Position numbers and translations under genes: made by a program
The notes under the pieces: generated by a model
The model's input: only the letters and a program-made list of their open reading frames with translations
What the model was told of the DNA's origin: nothing
Database searches by the model: none
Origin: Trichodelitschia bisporula
Taxonomy: Eukaryota
Assembly (NCBI GenBank): GCA_010356995.1
Contig: ML996688.1
Location: forward strand, 682,001-746,000
Direction of reading: 5' to 3'
Length of the DNA stretch: 64,000 bases
Shown here: positions 1-12,610 of the stretch, one piece after another
How the letters are laid out: every line of letters begins with the position of its first letter
Position numbering within the stretch: position 1 is the first letter of the stretch

Positions 1-2
1 AC

Positions 3-1421
3 GAAGTCGTCCGCGCCGTACACGAATACTTCGCCGACTACCAAGTGATCAACGCCGACCTAATGTCGCTGGACCTGACCTACCCCCGTGCACGCGTCTG
101 GGGCTCAAGCCCCGACCTGTGGAATGCAGAAGCGCTGCAGCGAGCCACCGAAGGCGTGATAGCACTGCTGCTATCGCTGAAAAAGAAGCCGCTGATCCGC
201 TACGCGCGGAACAGTCTGCTCGCCAAAAAGCTCGCGTCCGAGGTCCGCTACCACATGACGCAAGACGAGCAACTGTTCGACTTCCGCCGCACGGACACGC
301 CGCCGCTGCTGCTCATCCTCGACCGCCGCGACGACCCGATCACGCCCCTACTCACACAGTGGACATACCAGGCGATGGTGCACGAGCTGCTCGGCATCCG
401 AAACGGACGGGTCGACCTAAGCGAAGTACCGGACGTGCGACCCGAGCTCAAAGAGATCGTGCTCCAACAAGACCAGGACCCTTTCTTCAAGAAGAACATG
501 TACCTGAACTTCGGCGACCTAGGCCAAAACGCCAAAGACTACGTAGAGCAGTACGCAAGCAAGCGCCAGGGCAGCCTGCAAATGGACTCCATCGCCGACA
601 TGAAGCGCTTCGTCGAGGAATACCCCGAGTTCCGCAAGTTATCCTCCAACGTCACGAAGCACATCACCCTCGTCGGCGAGCTGAGCCGCCGCGTCGGCGC
701 CGACAGCCTGCTCGACGTCAGCGAGCTAGAGCAATCCCTATCCTGCACCGACAGCCACTCCGCCGACGTCAAGAGCCTGCAATCCCTCCTCACCTCCCCC
801 TCCATCCCACCAGACAACAAACTCCGCCTCCTCGCCATCTACGCCCTGCGCTACGCTAAACACCCCGCCAACGCCACCCACGCCCTAACCTCGCTCCTCG
901 AATCCACAACCCCGATTCCCGCCCACCGCCTCGCCCTCATCCCGGCTTTACTCACATATGCCGCCTCCCTACACACGACCCCTGCGGCGGCTGCGCCCGG
1001 CCCCCTGCCCGACCTCTTCCAGTCCTCCTCCCTGCTCAATCAGGCCCGCAGCCGCTTCACGCGCGGCCTCAAGGGCGTGGAGAACGTATACACTCAGCAC
1101 TCGCCGGCGCTTGAGACCCTCCTCGCCGACGCATTCAAGGGAAAGCTGCGCGACACCACGCACCCGTTCGTCGATGGATCCCCGCAGTCCCGCGACAAGC
1201 CGCAGGATGTACTTGTGTTTATTGTCGGGGGGGCGACGTATGAGGAGGCGCGTGTTGTGGCGGGGATTAATGCCTCCACGCCGGGGGTTAGGGTTGTCCT
1301 TGGTGGAACCGGAGTGCATAATTCGGCGAGCTTTTTGGAGGAGGTTCGCGGGGCTGTTGAGGGGTGGCCGGCTGCCAGGGGGGACCCGGGGGAGAGACTG
1401 AGGAGGGAGGTTGGAAGGTAG
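3..1421 (+). CDS. vps45: Vacuolar protein sorting protein Vps45 (Sec1/Munc18 family), 5' end outside window
   Basis: Frame open from position 3 (EVVRAVHEYFADY...). Sec1-family motifs LLILDRRDDPITPLLTQWTYQAMVHE, NVTKH, GLKGVENVYTQH and FIVGGATYEE. Confidence 0.95.
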   Translation, partial: EVVRAVHEYFADYQVINADLMSLDLTYPRARVWGSSPDLWNAEALQRATEGVIALLLSLKKKPLIRYARNSLLAKKLASEVRYHMTQDEQLFDFRRTDTPPLLLILDRRDDPITPLLTQWTYQAMVHELLGIRNGRVDLSEVPDVRPELKEIVLQQDQDPFFKKNMYLNFGDLGQNAKDYVEQYASKRQGSLQMDSIADMKRFVEEYPEFRKLSSNVTKHITLVGELSRRVGADSLLDVSELEQSLSCTDSHSADVKSLQSLLTSPSIPPDNKLRLLAIYALRYAKHPANATHALTSLLESTTPIPAHRLALIPALLTYAASLHTTPAAAAPGPLPDLFQSSSLLNQARSRFTRGLKGVENVYTQHSPALETLLADAFKGKLRDTTHPFVDGSPQSRDKPQDVLVFIVGGATYEEARVVAGINASTPGVRVVLGGTGVHNSASFLEEVRGAVEGWPAARGDPGERLRREVGR

Positions 1422-1907
1422 TGTGGGTTAGGTTGGGCACGGGCGTTGGGGCGCGTGGGTAGGTCTTTGTAGCGTGGGAGGAGTAATCCGGAGTTGACGT
1501 GTCCCTTATCCGGGTGCTGGCTGGTCCAGGGACTGTCGTGATGCCGTTTGGCGTGGAAAATATGATTTGAGGACTCAAAGCCCGTGCGAGAGCAGCGTGA
1601 GTGTCGCCACATGGCAAATATCACAACGGCCAGCACGGCTTTAGCTAGCAGGGCAGTTTTGTACATTCTCAAATTATCCGTGTTTGCGCAGCAGTGCCAA
1701 GTGACTAACGTGCACGCCGCTCTTCTCAACCACCCGCCCTACACCTTATGTTGCACACAAACCAGCAAGCGCCGTAGCCCCGCAAAATCGAAAGAAGTTC
1801 AAATGACGCGCTCAAACGCCGTCCCATGCCATGAATCTCTCGCCTCCTCCCCTCCCCTCCCCTGCCTCCTCACCCCTAACCCACCCACAATCCCCTCGCA
1901 AAGCACT

Positions 1908-3342
1908 CTAATCCTCCCCTCCCAACCCACAAAACCCTGTCCCCAACCAATAATCCACACAAGCCCAAAACCACCAATACCACCCCGCAGCCACCCAGTC
2001 AAACTCCCCCGTCTCCGTCCTCGGCACTTGAGAACCAATAACCTCACCCGCGCCCCCGAACAGCAATCCCACAAGCGGCCACGCGCCCACCGTGCGCTGC
2101 CAGCGGCTCGGTGCCGGGAGAAGCGCCTGTTCAGCGGGGAGCAAGACAGCGCGCTTAGCGCCGCGGATGCGCAGGGCCGTGCCGCTGGACATGCCGGTGG
2201 ACATCGCAGGCGTGCCGGGCGTGCGGGAGCGGTGCACGTGCAGGGAGGGCTTGCGGGCGGGCAGGGGCGTAGACGTGACGAAGGGGTCCTCGGGCTCGGC
2301 GGTGGCTTGGGTAGCCGTGGCTGTGGCGCTAGACACGGTGTCGCTGACCGTGGGGCGGAGGGTATCCGACCGCCGATCCGGGCTCGCGGTTGCCGAGCGC
2401 ACGGCCTCTTCCGTAGCCGGGAGTACGATGTCGCCGACAACAGGCGGGTGGCAGCGGTACATCTCCGCATGCACCAGGTATCCCGAGATCACGCGGGGAG
2501 AGTAATGACACGCAGCCCCAGCCGCCTCGGGTGAGTCGAACGTAACCTTGATCCAGTGCGCGCCGCCGGCGAAGGCGTTTTTCTTCGCCAGTGCCGCGGG
2601 AGGGATGGGACCTGAGCGGCGTGCGCTGTGCGAGAGCGCCAGGTTGTACCGGCTGTGTGGCGGGTTGCGCTCGTAGTCCTCGTACACCGCGCCGCCGGAC
2701 ACGCGCTCGAAGAAGTCGATCGCCGCATACTGTAGGTGCGACGGAAAGCCGTAGAGCATCACCTCGGTAGGCTGGCCGGGGGCATTTTGCGCGGGCGCTG
2801 CGGGCTCAGCTGCGGTCTCGCCGGGTCCTGTGCTGCGGGCCCAGGACGAGGGTGCTGCCGCCGTGTCCTTGCTGCTGACGCCGGGACCGCTGCTCACACC
2901 GATCTCCTCGCTATTCTTCACCCGCGCGAAGATATCGTTGATGGCGTTCCAGTTCTCCAGTGTGTCTTTATCTTCCTTGCGGCTTGGGGTTGCGGTCTTG
3001 GAGCGCGAGTGGGCGCGGCGCCGGGTGGAGCGGCCGAAGGGGCCTGATTCTTGGGGAACGCGGCGCGTGGACCGATCTGGGCTGGGCATTTTAGCAAATA
3101 TGTCTGGAGATGGATGGGGGAGATAGGGGGACTTACTCAGCACTCTCGTAGGCCCATGGCAACCGGTTTCCGTTGCTGTCGACGAAGCGCTCGCTTTCTG
3201 GAACGGCGTGGACTTGCATCCCGCCGCGGAAGGAACGCGCGTTCATCTCGTCGCGGGTTGGAGGGTTGTAGTTAATGCGGCGTGGTGGTGGAGAGCGCTG
3301 GTGGGGAGGAGAAGACGCGCGGTTGTGCTGGTCGGAGTTCAT
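1908..3342 (-). CDS. Nup53/Nup40-like nucleoporin (RRM Nup35-type domain, C-terminal amphipathic membrane anchor)
   Basis: Exon 1 ends ...NRLPWAYESA at 3137; intron 3082-3136 (GTAAGT...GCTAA...CAG) joins the 1908-3081 frame. Contains VMLYGF...AAIDFFERVSGG...HWIKVTFDSPEAA and a Trp-rich C-terminus. The start may be ATG 3342 or ATG 3219. Confidence 0.75.
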
Positions 3343-3782
3343 GTTGCCAAACACTTCAGACTGATGGTTTCCCCGGTTGCGGTGTTCGCGTTTTTCCGCC
3401 TCCGGGTAGCTGTGGCTGCCTCGACAGTGTGGCTGTGCAATAGAATTGTTCCCAAGACAGAGGGAAATGATAGTGGTGATCAATGCCGGCTTACGTCTTG
3501 TCCAGCTAGGTGTGCTACCGTGGGAATTATGGCTAGTTGTCGCGATACGGCAGTTGAGGAAAGGGAAGGAGTTGAAGGAATGTTAGGACTTCGCGCAAAA
3601 AAACCTACTGGAAAGGACGGCCATGAACTATGGACCCATAGGCCAAGGACTCACTATTATTGACCACAGCGGAAGATGAGGGAAACAAGCGGACTCGTGA
3701 CTATTGTAAACACAACATTATCTACCTGGCATTACCCATTCGTCCGTGGCCCCCCAGGAGCAGTAGCAAGAAACCACGTTCC

Positions 3783-5872
3783 CTACGTGCGCATCAACAA
3801 CTCAACAACACTCTCCACCCTCAACGTCCTCAAATCCGAATAATGCTGTCCAGTCCCCAAAAATAACACCGGAATCCCCGTAGCATGTACCATACTAACC
3901 AGCGTGCCGACCATATCGCCAACCGTATCGCACTTACTAACAATGAACCCATCTAGCCGCCGGCCCGCCCCAAACGCCGCATCAAAGTTGCGCGCCTGCT
4001 GCACCGCATCCGACCCCACCAGCGCCTCGCCCACCATGAGGATCTTATCCGGCTGCGCCATCTTCGCAAACTTCTCCAGCGACGACATGAGCCGCTGGTC
4101 ATTGTGCCGCCGCCCCGCCGTGTCAATAAGCACAACGTCGAAGCCCTGCTGCGCTGCGTACGTCACGGCATCGCGCGCAATCGTCGCCGCGTCCTTGCCG
4201 TAGCCCCGCTCGTACAGGTCCACCTCGCCCGCGTTCTGCCGCGCGGTCAATTCACGCAGGTTACGCGTGTGCACACGCAGCTGCTCGACGGCGCCCGAGC
4301 GGAAGGTGTCGCCCGCGGCGATGAGCACGCGGTACTTGTTTTGCAGCAGGAAATAACAAATCTTGGACAGGTTGGTCGACTTGCCCACGCCGTTGACCCC
4401 AACGATGGAGATGACGTAGGGCCGCTTCCCCTGCACCGCCTGGATTTCGCGTAGCAGGTCGAGCGGCGAAGTGGGCGTGAGGATCTGGCGGAGGGCGCGC
4501 TCCATGGCACCGCGGATAGTAGCCTCGACGCCTGGCGGGTTAGTCGGGTAGGAAAACACGTAAAATAGACTTACTCGTGAAACTGCCCGTCTTCATACCG
4601 ATGAGGTCTTGCTCCACGCTGTCGCATAACCGCACAGCCGCCTCGCGCGCCACGTTCTTCTTCAGCAGATGCTCCTCCATCCCCTTGAGCGACTTGTTGA
4701 GGTCCTCGCGCGTGAGTTTCTTCCCGCCCACCACATTCCTGAACAAGCCGCCAATAGCCCCGAGACTCGATCCCACAAGCCCCGACGAGCCGTCCGCAGC
4801 TTTAGCATCTTTAGCGTTGGCAGATTGCAAAATAGCATCCATCTCATCCCCAATATCCTTGAGCGTGAACTCCCCCGTCGCCGTACGCGTACCCCACGAG
4901 CCCTGATCCACCCCCTCCAAACTCTCCACCGGCCGCTCCCCCTCCGCCGCGGGCGCCGAGTAGTCGAGATTCACGCCGTCGTCCTCGTCCGCTAGACCCT
5001 CGGCGTCCCACTTCCGCATCTTCTTCTTCCCGCCCTTCGGCGCGGCTCGCCGGTTCGCGGAACTCTCATCGCCAGACGATGCGGCTGCGGGAGACGATGT
5101 CACTACAGCGGCGGCTTTCCGCGATCGCCGAGATACGCGACCACCGGGTCCGGCCTTCGCCTTGAGGAGGTGGGCGGGGGAATTGGGGCGGGAGGCGTCG
5201 GGGGTGGCTATGGGGGTGACGTCGGTGGAGGTGCTGTCTTGGTACATGGGCTTCTTCGCAGCTGCAGCACCGTTAGCGTCTTTGGTATTGCCCAGGAGCA
5301 TGATGTCCGCGCACCTTTGCGCAAGCCCGAAACAGCAGGGTGTTCCTCGGCACTCAGTTCGTTGGCCTCGCTGCCCGGCGGCGTGATCTCAGCAGCGGAG
5401 GAGTCTGTAAACGAGCGCGTGGTCGCATTGTTCGCCTCCTGCTCCAGCTCCTTGATCTGACGATCAAAATACGGATCAAACGGGCACTCAACCCTCGTCG
5501 TGCGAGGGACCTTAAGCTGATCGCGATACAGCTCCGTAAACAAGGCGCGGACATTATCCAACAGTTTATCTATCCAAGAGATGCTGAGCAGGCTCTGGTA
5601 AACCGCCTGGGACCGATTAGCCGCCGCCCGCGCAAACCAGCCAACGTCTCGCCACGTACAACAAAAATGAGCCCCAGGTCCTTCGCCGTGCGCCACTTGA
5701 GCGTGTACCCATCACGCTTGTACGTCGGCCGGGCAGCATCTCCCACGGTACCGCGCTCCTCGATGAAGATGTCTTGGATGAGGGCGTTAATGGCGCTGGC
5801 GCCAACGGGGACGTAGGTGCGCGACCAGAGGACGACGCCAGAGGTGGTGAGGACTTCGAAAGAGTCGAGCAT
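3783..5872 (-). CDS. srp101: Signal recognition particle receptor alpha subunit (SR-alpha)
   Basis: Exons 5872-5660, 5606-5315, 5261-4575 and 4531-3783 with canonical introns. N-terminal longin-like MLDSFEVLTTSGVVLW; SRP-GTPase motifs GVNGVGKSTNLSK, DTFRSGAVEQL, DTAGR, SKCD and GQHYSDL. Confidence 0.96.
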
Positions 5873-6510
5873 GGTGGAGGGCGTGCTATGAGCCGATCGA
5901 GTGCATTACGGGTGCGATTGTGGGGAAGATGTTGAATGCGGGGTGTGGGTGGTGGGCGCGAGGTGCGATGCCGGGAGTGGAATGGGATGTGGGGAGGCGA
6001 TTGCGGCGGAGTCCGACCCTGACCCGCTAGAACTACGATGCAAGCGAGCGCTCAAAGATGGCTAGCGAGATCGCGAAGCGATGTAGAAGAGCCGAGCCAA
6101 ATCCGGTATATCAGAGAATCACACGGCAAGGAATGGAGACAGAGTTCACGAAAAGTGAAGGCTATGATATCTGGCCCGAAGAAGTGACGTGAATGATGCT
6201 ATTCCCAATCCGGAATGCAGCATAAATGCCTTAAATATACCTTATCGCCTTACCGCCTTATCGCCTTATATGCGCCTTAAAGTGCTCGATATCAAACTTC
6301 GATATCAATCTACCATCACTGCAAAACAAAACAACCCAACACCGCACCTAAAGCTCCACAACCTACACTTTCACTCACTAAGGCTCACTGCTCCCCTCAC
6401 GTTCATCGTCTACCTCCATCGTCGTCGTCACCCGATCACCATATGCCGAGGCCTAACCACCGCGTACCTTACCGTCAACCTCGATTTCGATTGCAATCAT
6501 AAACCTCATC

Positions 6511-6934
6511 ATGAAGGACTGGCTTTCCCGTCTCGATGACCTCGTGAAGGATCTCTTAGAGGAATATGCGTTGACCAGCATGCCGGTCCTCCAGGTAATA
6601 TAAGCTGTAACCGTTTCGTGTACTCGGCTTCAAGGGCTCCATGCTCTGCCGCTTCTTCTCGCTGATGGAAACGGGATACCGAGGAATTCGGGCTCAAGAC
6701 CAAAATAGTCGTCAGGCGGGTGGCGCTTCTCGCTACAATAGCTAACAGAGACACGAAATACATTAGCCCACTTCTCCCGCTTCGTCGGATGGATACCCCC
6801 AGACGGAAATCGAAGGAGAAGAAACCGTTCCTCAGACTCGACCGCGGTCGACATCCCAGCCGCAGCCTCTCGCCCATAAACCAGGCGTCATCATGCCCCC
6901 TCCTCGGATGCGGAAGCGCGCCGCTTCATGTTAA
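6511..6934 (+). CDS. Putative small spliced orphan protein (83 aa)
   Basis: ATG 6511 gives MKDWLSRLDDLVKDLLEEYALTSMPVLQ. Phase-0 intron 6595-6766 (GTAATA...GCTAAC...TAG) joins PTSPASSDGYPQTEIEGEETVPQ...PPPRMRKRAASC*. No family recognised. Confidence 0.3.
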
Positions 6935-8923
6935 ACGTCCCTTGACGGGTTAACACTCAGCACCCCTCCACAGCGACGCTTGCCTCCCCAAACATACCCA
7001 TCGCCCCGATTCCCACACACGTCCCCTCTTGAAGAGCTCCCTCCCCTTCCCCCAGTACCCAGCTTACTCCTTTCCCCACCCACCACGTCACAGCAGCCTA
7101 CGCGGCCTACCCTCAACCTAGACCAACCGACGCGACCTAGGCCAACGCGCAATCACGCGACACGCCCCTAGTCGTACTACAATAACTCTACCTGGACCTT
7201 CTCATTACGGGCCTAGATCTATGACCAGCACCTACTTACGGCCAATGTGCTCCCACTCTCCAACGCAGTGACCCGCGGGCAGTGGCGCGAATGAGTCGCC
7301 GCTCGCCACACGGTATTCGATATCCCGGCTAGGATGTGTTACGTTGACAGGCTTCTTGCGGCGGAGTTGATTGGCACTGCACGATGGTTAGCTCGGCGCT
7401 TCATGGCTCATGGATGATGTGATGGGATCTGGGTGTAGTTACGCCATAGATAGCAAACCTTCCAGAATCTAACATCATGTATCCCTCCACGACCCCTCCC
7501 CCCTCTCCACAGTGCCACAGTACCACTCCTAGTGCCCAAAACCGGCCTCGGAGCCACTCCTCCTCCGCACCCTCCTTCGGTCCCGTACAGCGCACAGTTC
7601 TCGGCGGAGTTCAAACCGCCCAGAACGTAGCGAGGCAGGGTGATCCACACCCCTCTCCCACCTGCAGGCCACACCCATATGTCGTAATCGCGGGCTTTGG
7701 CTGTACCGTAATTACGGCCGTTGTAAATGGAGAAGCATCTCAAAGTGTACAATCACCGCGTCTCGACTCACAGCACGATGCGCCCCGTACTCGGCGGAGC
7801 ACGGAAGGAACGATCTGTGGCAAGAATTTCGCTCAGCGTTTACCCCGGCCGGATCATCCGGGAAGCCGGTATCCAGATGGAGTGCACACCGCACCCACGT
7901 CGCTGAAGCCTAGAGTGGATACCACACCAGGAAGCGGGGTACCGTAGACACCCGTCCGCCTCCGTCTCACACAGTCCTCCACGATCCCCAGCCCCATGCC
8001 AACTCCATTAACAAATCACAGAGCACGGAGCACGCGGCGTATTGTTATTCTTCGATTTCTCGACTATCGGTACAGGGTGTGCTAATAATATGTTGGGATC
8101 CGGTGGCATCAATCGTTTCGCCGAAAGGCCCCGCTCACCCAGTTGTAGTTGGTTAGTTACAGCTCCCGCAAACGCAGCAAGGCGTAAGCGAAGAGCCCGA
8201 CACACAGTAAAGGAAAGTGGCGACGACAGCGAAGGCATCTGAAAAGCAGGTTTTAACGCCGGGTGCGAAAGCGACAAAGTCAGAATCTGAACCCCAAAAC
8301 ACCGGTTCCCCCATTGCCCCAGGTCCCCCCCCCTACCCGTTACCCCACCGGTGCACGACGGCCTCCCCGCCCATGTAGGACAAATACTAGCAAAGAAAAT
8401 GAATAATACCTGCCCATAAAGGCGAGCGAACTCTCATAATTCTGATTCGCATCGACCGCTTGCCGGGTGAGAACGGCTGAAAGACGGGTTTGTCGGAGAG
8501 GCAGAGAGGGAATGTACAGGCGGATTGAAGATTGAAGATCCGTTTCGGGGTTGAAATGCGGACCAGTGTGTATGTTTCATGACTTCGACGAGGCTCCGAG
8601 GAGCTGAGGTGTTGAGGGTATTCCCGCGCGGCGCCAATGACCCATCATCGAAGGGACACCGCGCCGCAGCACCAGCCGTCCGAAAGGGACAGTTAGCACA
8701 CCTGAAACAGGCAGGATGGAAAAGGTTTATGGAAACACAAATCCCCAAAAATGACAAAAACGCCATACTCAAGTCATATCTTGCACCATCAAAACTCCTT
8801 GAGCGCCCATTACAAAGCTAAGACAAGCAAGTTATGGGCAAGAATGTGCATGAAATATGGACAAGAGGTAAGAGACGTATTTACCCGATGTGAGAATCAT
8901 GGTGCGAACGTTGTTGATCGGCA

Positions 8924-10833
8924 TCAGAGGATGCCTTCCCACATGCCGGGTCCGGCATCGAACTTCCACAGGGTAGCTTCGCTCGCGCAACACGCGCGCT
9001 TGCGACCGAGGTCCTTCTGGACAGGGAGCCGGCGCTCCGGTACCGACCTCGCTGGCGACTGCAGCGCCTTGAGGTCCCGGGAGCGGGAGGATTGTGACGA
9101 AATGCCGGGGGTAGCCAGAAGCATGTGCCGCACGTTCTGCTGAAGAGACATATCCACCGAGGAGCGGCCGCGCTTGCGACCCTTGGTCTTGGTGGCAGGG
9201 GACTCGATGATCGGTTCAATGGCCGAGCGTTCCTTCGGCCGGATGGGCAGGCGACTAAGAGACGATTGGAAGTATCCGACTTCAGGGGATGCTGGTTCGA
9301 TAGAAAGCGGCTCCGCAGTAAGAGGTTCCTGGGTGATGAGTCCCAGAGCGGCTTTATCCTTGGGCAGCGTCTGCTGCGGAATCCCATAAGCATATGGCAG
9401 TCCTGCGTTCCGCAACGTCGCCAACTTGGCCAGTTTGACCGATGTCGGCGCTGATGCGTGGCCGCTAGAGACCGACGATGCAGACGAGACTGACGAAGCA
9501 CGCGAGCTGCGCGATGAGCCATCGGAGACCATCGACTCGGGGGACGAGGAGAGCGTGGTAGTCGTAGATTCGGAACCTCGGCGGCTGTAGATCTGGTAAG
9601 CTTCGAGGCCAGGAAAATACGAGGGCGAGAAGTCGGTAGTGCTGCGTGCCATCGACCTGTTCTGAGCCTGGGACATAGCCGAGCACATGGATGGCCGCCT
9701 TGTCCAGCACCCAGCCATACTCGCAGTGGGAGTAGACAGAGCGGTCTGAGGCGTCATCATAGGCGTCGGTATCGGCGCAAAGACAGTCGGTGTAGGAGGA
9801 TACATAGTCGGCATCGGCTCAAGCACTTGCGGCAACGATTCGTGGGATACATGCTGGAGGAGGTCGACTTTCCGGCCTTCGCAGAGCTGAAGACTCAACC
9901 GACCGCGTGGGCTGAGGTCGAGAGTATCCAGTTCCGGCGTCAGGCGGAGTACAGCTTGCTTCCAGTCCATACGTTGGTCCGGAGAGCCAGGGGAGGGAGG
10001 CCGTTGCGAAGTGAAAGTGATCAAGATGTCCTGCCATTTCTCAAAAAGCGCCTCCGGAACGTGCAGTTTCCATCGGACGGCTGCGAGGAAGGCCATCTCG
10101 TTGCTGTTGATCTCGCACACCTTAAGTCCTGAAATCTTGCTCCAGGCCCTTGCCGAAAAGTTGCGGTCCTGCAGGTACTTCGAGGCCAAGATAAGCGCCG
10201 CAAGAAACATGCGGCGACCACACTGCAAAGCACGGGTCGCCGGCGTGTTCTCGGGCTGCTCCATGGTGAAATCGTATGCAGGAACATGCGGCTTGATCAG
10301 GATGAGGTAATAGAGAGTGACCTGGAGGGTCGAAAAGCTCGCCTGGGACCTGCGGAGGGTCTCCTGTATGAATGTACGGAGCGGTAGTCGTCCTGCCTGG
10401 AAGTTCGGTGTGGACAGCGGCCATATCACCTCAACCATTTGCGTGGCAGATTCTCCGGGGGGGTCAGCAACAATCACCCACTTATCTCAGAACTTTGCTC
10501 ACCGACAAGGCATTCCACAAATTGCCCCTTCCGCTCGCATTGACGGACGAGCTGGGGAGGGGGGCGTGTCACGGCGGAAGTCCGCCGCGGGTGCTGTCGA
10601 ACTTGAGGTGATGCCGGTAACTTTGCCGCGGTGTCGTAGACAAACACATCCTCCTTGCACCGCAGAGACGAGAGCGACTCCTGACTGCTGCATCCTGACG
10701 ACTGGGAAGATGCCGCGTCCACCGAGAAGACGGACGAACTAGATGAGGATGCTGATGATGACAGAGGGGAGGCGTATGGGTGCTGTAAGGATGACAGCTG
10801 GTATGGCCATGAAGATTTCGAAGCCGTGTGCAT
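8924..10833 (-). CDS. Pho85-type cyclin, Pcl5/pas1 family
   Basis: Exon 1 10833-10503, intron 10453-10502 (GTGAGC...GCTGAC...GAG), exon 2 10452-8924. Cyclin-box motifs LRTFIQETLRRS, TLQVTLYYL, LQCGRRMFLAALILASKYLQDRN and SARAWSKISGL. Confidence 0.9.
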
Positions 10834-11417
10834 CTTCAGTGCAGGGGAAGTTAGAGGTAGCAAGGGTGCTACGTCGTAGGTGTAACAGAAATTGAAAGGT
10901 AAATCAAGGGGGTATCAACGAAGACTTGCCGAAGGGCTCGAATGACAATATAAGAAAAGTCGTGCGGTCGTGGTGTGACCAAAGAGAAAACCGGATCGAA
11001 TTTACCGACGGAGGTAGCAGCACCCAGCTCGTGATATTTTTGACTGGCGAGCTAATCGCAAGTTCGTTCGGCAATTTTCCTCTCTCGAAATTGTCGCAAA
11101 TTCGGGTGTCGCAAGGCTGAACAGGCTGCGAGACCGGCGTGAAATGCAACGTCGCAAGAAAGTCAAATCGCAGAAACAGCGATTCGAGGTGGTTTTAGGG
11201 CGGGATTGTGTCGTCACGAAAGGGCACGGAATCGAGTCTTTTGACTCAGTTCCGTCGGATTCCGTGAGGCTCCAGTCACCGTCTGCCGCAGAGTATCACC
11301 TAGACAGGCCGGAAAAGAACCACAGGTGCAATTGCGCTCCGAATCAGACTGAGCTATCACAGGCGGCCAAGGGTCGTCTGTGGTAGCCGAGCGAATCCAA
11401 AGATAAATTGCAGAGGC

Positions 11418-11513
11418 CTAGAGAAGAAAACTTCCACGGGCAATGGTTAATTCCGAGTCGAAGACGATATCTGGGACAGCAGTGACTGGAGCGACAATAT
11501 CCACAATGAGCAT
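11418..11513 (-). promoter_or_regulatory. Putative uORF2 in the cyclin leader (MLIVDIVAPVTAVPDIVFDSELTIARGSFLL*)
   Basis: Only minus-strand ATG between 10834 and 11983; context acaaaATG; TAG at 11420-11418. Confidence 0.5.
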
Positions 11514-11969
11514 TTTGTCTCTGGGATGGATTGCTACTCGAAAATGTTGAGGTGAGAAGTGCGAAGGGTCGAACGGCGAAAAGGGTCGAGAGGTTACGAG
11601 AGGAGAGTTACTGGGAACGTGTTGATTCTTCGAACGGTCCGAGCGAGCTTCGCTTGGTGACGCAGAGGAAGACGGTTATAGAAACCGTTCGCGTCGAAAA
11701 GCCCACCGTTTCAGGCAGTGGCGGAATGAATTCCTTTGAGGGTGTCTCCTTTGGTCAGCGGGCAGAACCTCAAATCCTTTGTCCGCGTCTTGCCGACGAT
11801 AGGAACAAGGAAGACAGGAGGGATAGGGTGGCGAGGTAGTGTACACGAGGTGTGAGAGTGTGGCGCAAGGTCTCTTTTGAGAGGTGACTGGAAGATAGGT
11901 TGGATGAGTCGTAGAACCACGTGTAGTCGCTGCCTATTGAAAGGTTGAGTGACTTCAAGGCACGGTAGG

Positions 11970-12226
11970 CTGAGAGGAAGAATCATGGTTGTCAGCGGAT
12001 GAGTCCCCTTGAGATGTAAAATGTACAGGACCGAAATAGTGCGGCTGTCGGGTTGTGCTTGAGGATGCCGTTGTTGGTTGGAACCGTAAGTGCAGTCGGG
12101 CTGCCGTTACGGGAAGGGGCGATGCCGGGACAAACCACCACGGAACGCTGAGCTGTGTTGACGGGGTAGGGTGGGAGGGAATGCGCGCGTCCAACAGACG
12201 ACACACAAGGCAAGAAAGCCACTCAC
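11970..12226 (-). other. Putative 5'-UTR intron of the cyclin gene
   Basis: Donor GTGAGT at 12226-12221, branch GCTGAC at 11996-11991, polypyrimidine ttcttcctctcAG acceptor ending 11970. Confidence 0.55.
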
Positions 12227-12279
12227 TTTTTAAAGTTGACAGAGAAGGAAGTTTGACAGTTGCGAGAAAGCAGCTGCTC

Positions 12280-12324
12280 CTAATTACACCCCCGACTCAG
12301 CGACGACCGGATTGAAGAGTTCAT
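12280..12324 (-). promoter_or_regulatory. Putative uORF1 in the cyclin leader (MNSSIRSSLSRGCN*)
   Basis: caacATG context immediately downstream of a pyrimidine-rich tract typical of fungal transcription start regions. Confidence 0.4.
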
Positions 12325-12339
12325 GTTGGAGAATGGAGA

Positions 12340-12610
12340 AAAATGAGACGGGGGGGTTGATGGGTGGGTGGGTTAATGCAGGAAAGAAGAGAGCGGAGGG
12401 GAGAGGCGAGAACGGCGGGTTTTGATGGAAGAGAGCGACTAGAGGGAGAGTGAGGAGAGAGAGAGAGAGGAGAGGTTGCGAAATGGCTGATTGGGGAGAG
12501 AGGGGGGGGGGAGGGGAACTGGGGGGTGGGGATGGAAAGGCCGTTGGATGGATGAGCGTGGACGAGGGGCCGTGTGTTGCTAGGGGTGAGAGAGAAGCGT
12601 GTAGGGGTGG
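12340..12610 (-). promoter_or_regulatory. CT-rich core promoter/TSS region with (CT)n microsatellite
   Basis: Plus strand is purine-rich (gagagagagagagagga ~12455-12470, poly-G ~12502-12512), i.e. CT-rich on the cyclin sense strand. Confidence 0.45.

Noticed and set aside
1584..2534. Long antisense or overlapping ORFs on GC-rich genes (here and throughout)
   Set aside because: Expected from high GC and codon bias of the real genes; no motifs.
6229..6280. Short degenerate CGCCTTA repeat
   Set aside because: About four imperfect copies with no spacer structure, TIRs or target duplication; low-complexity only, not CRISPR-like.
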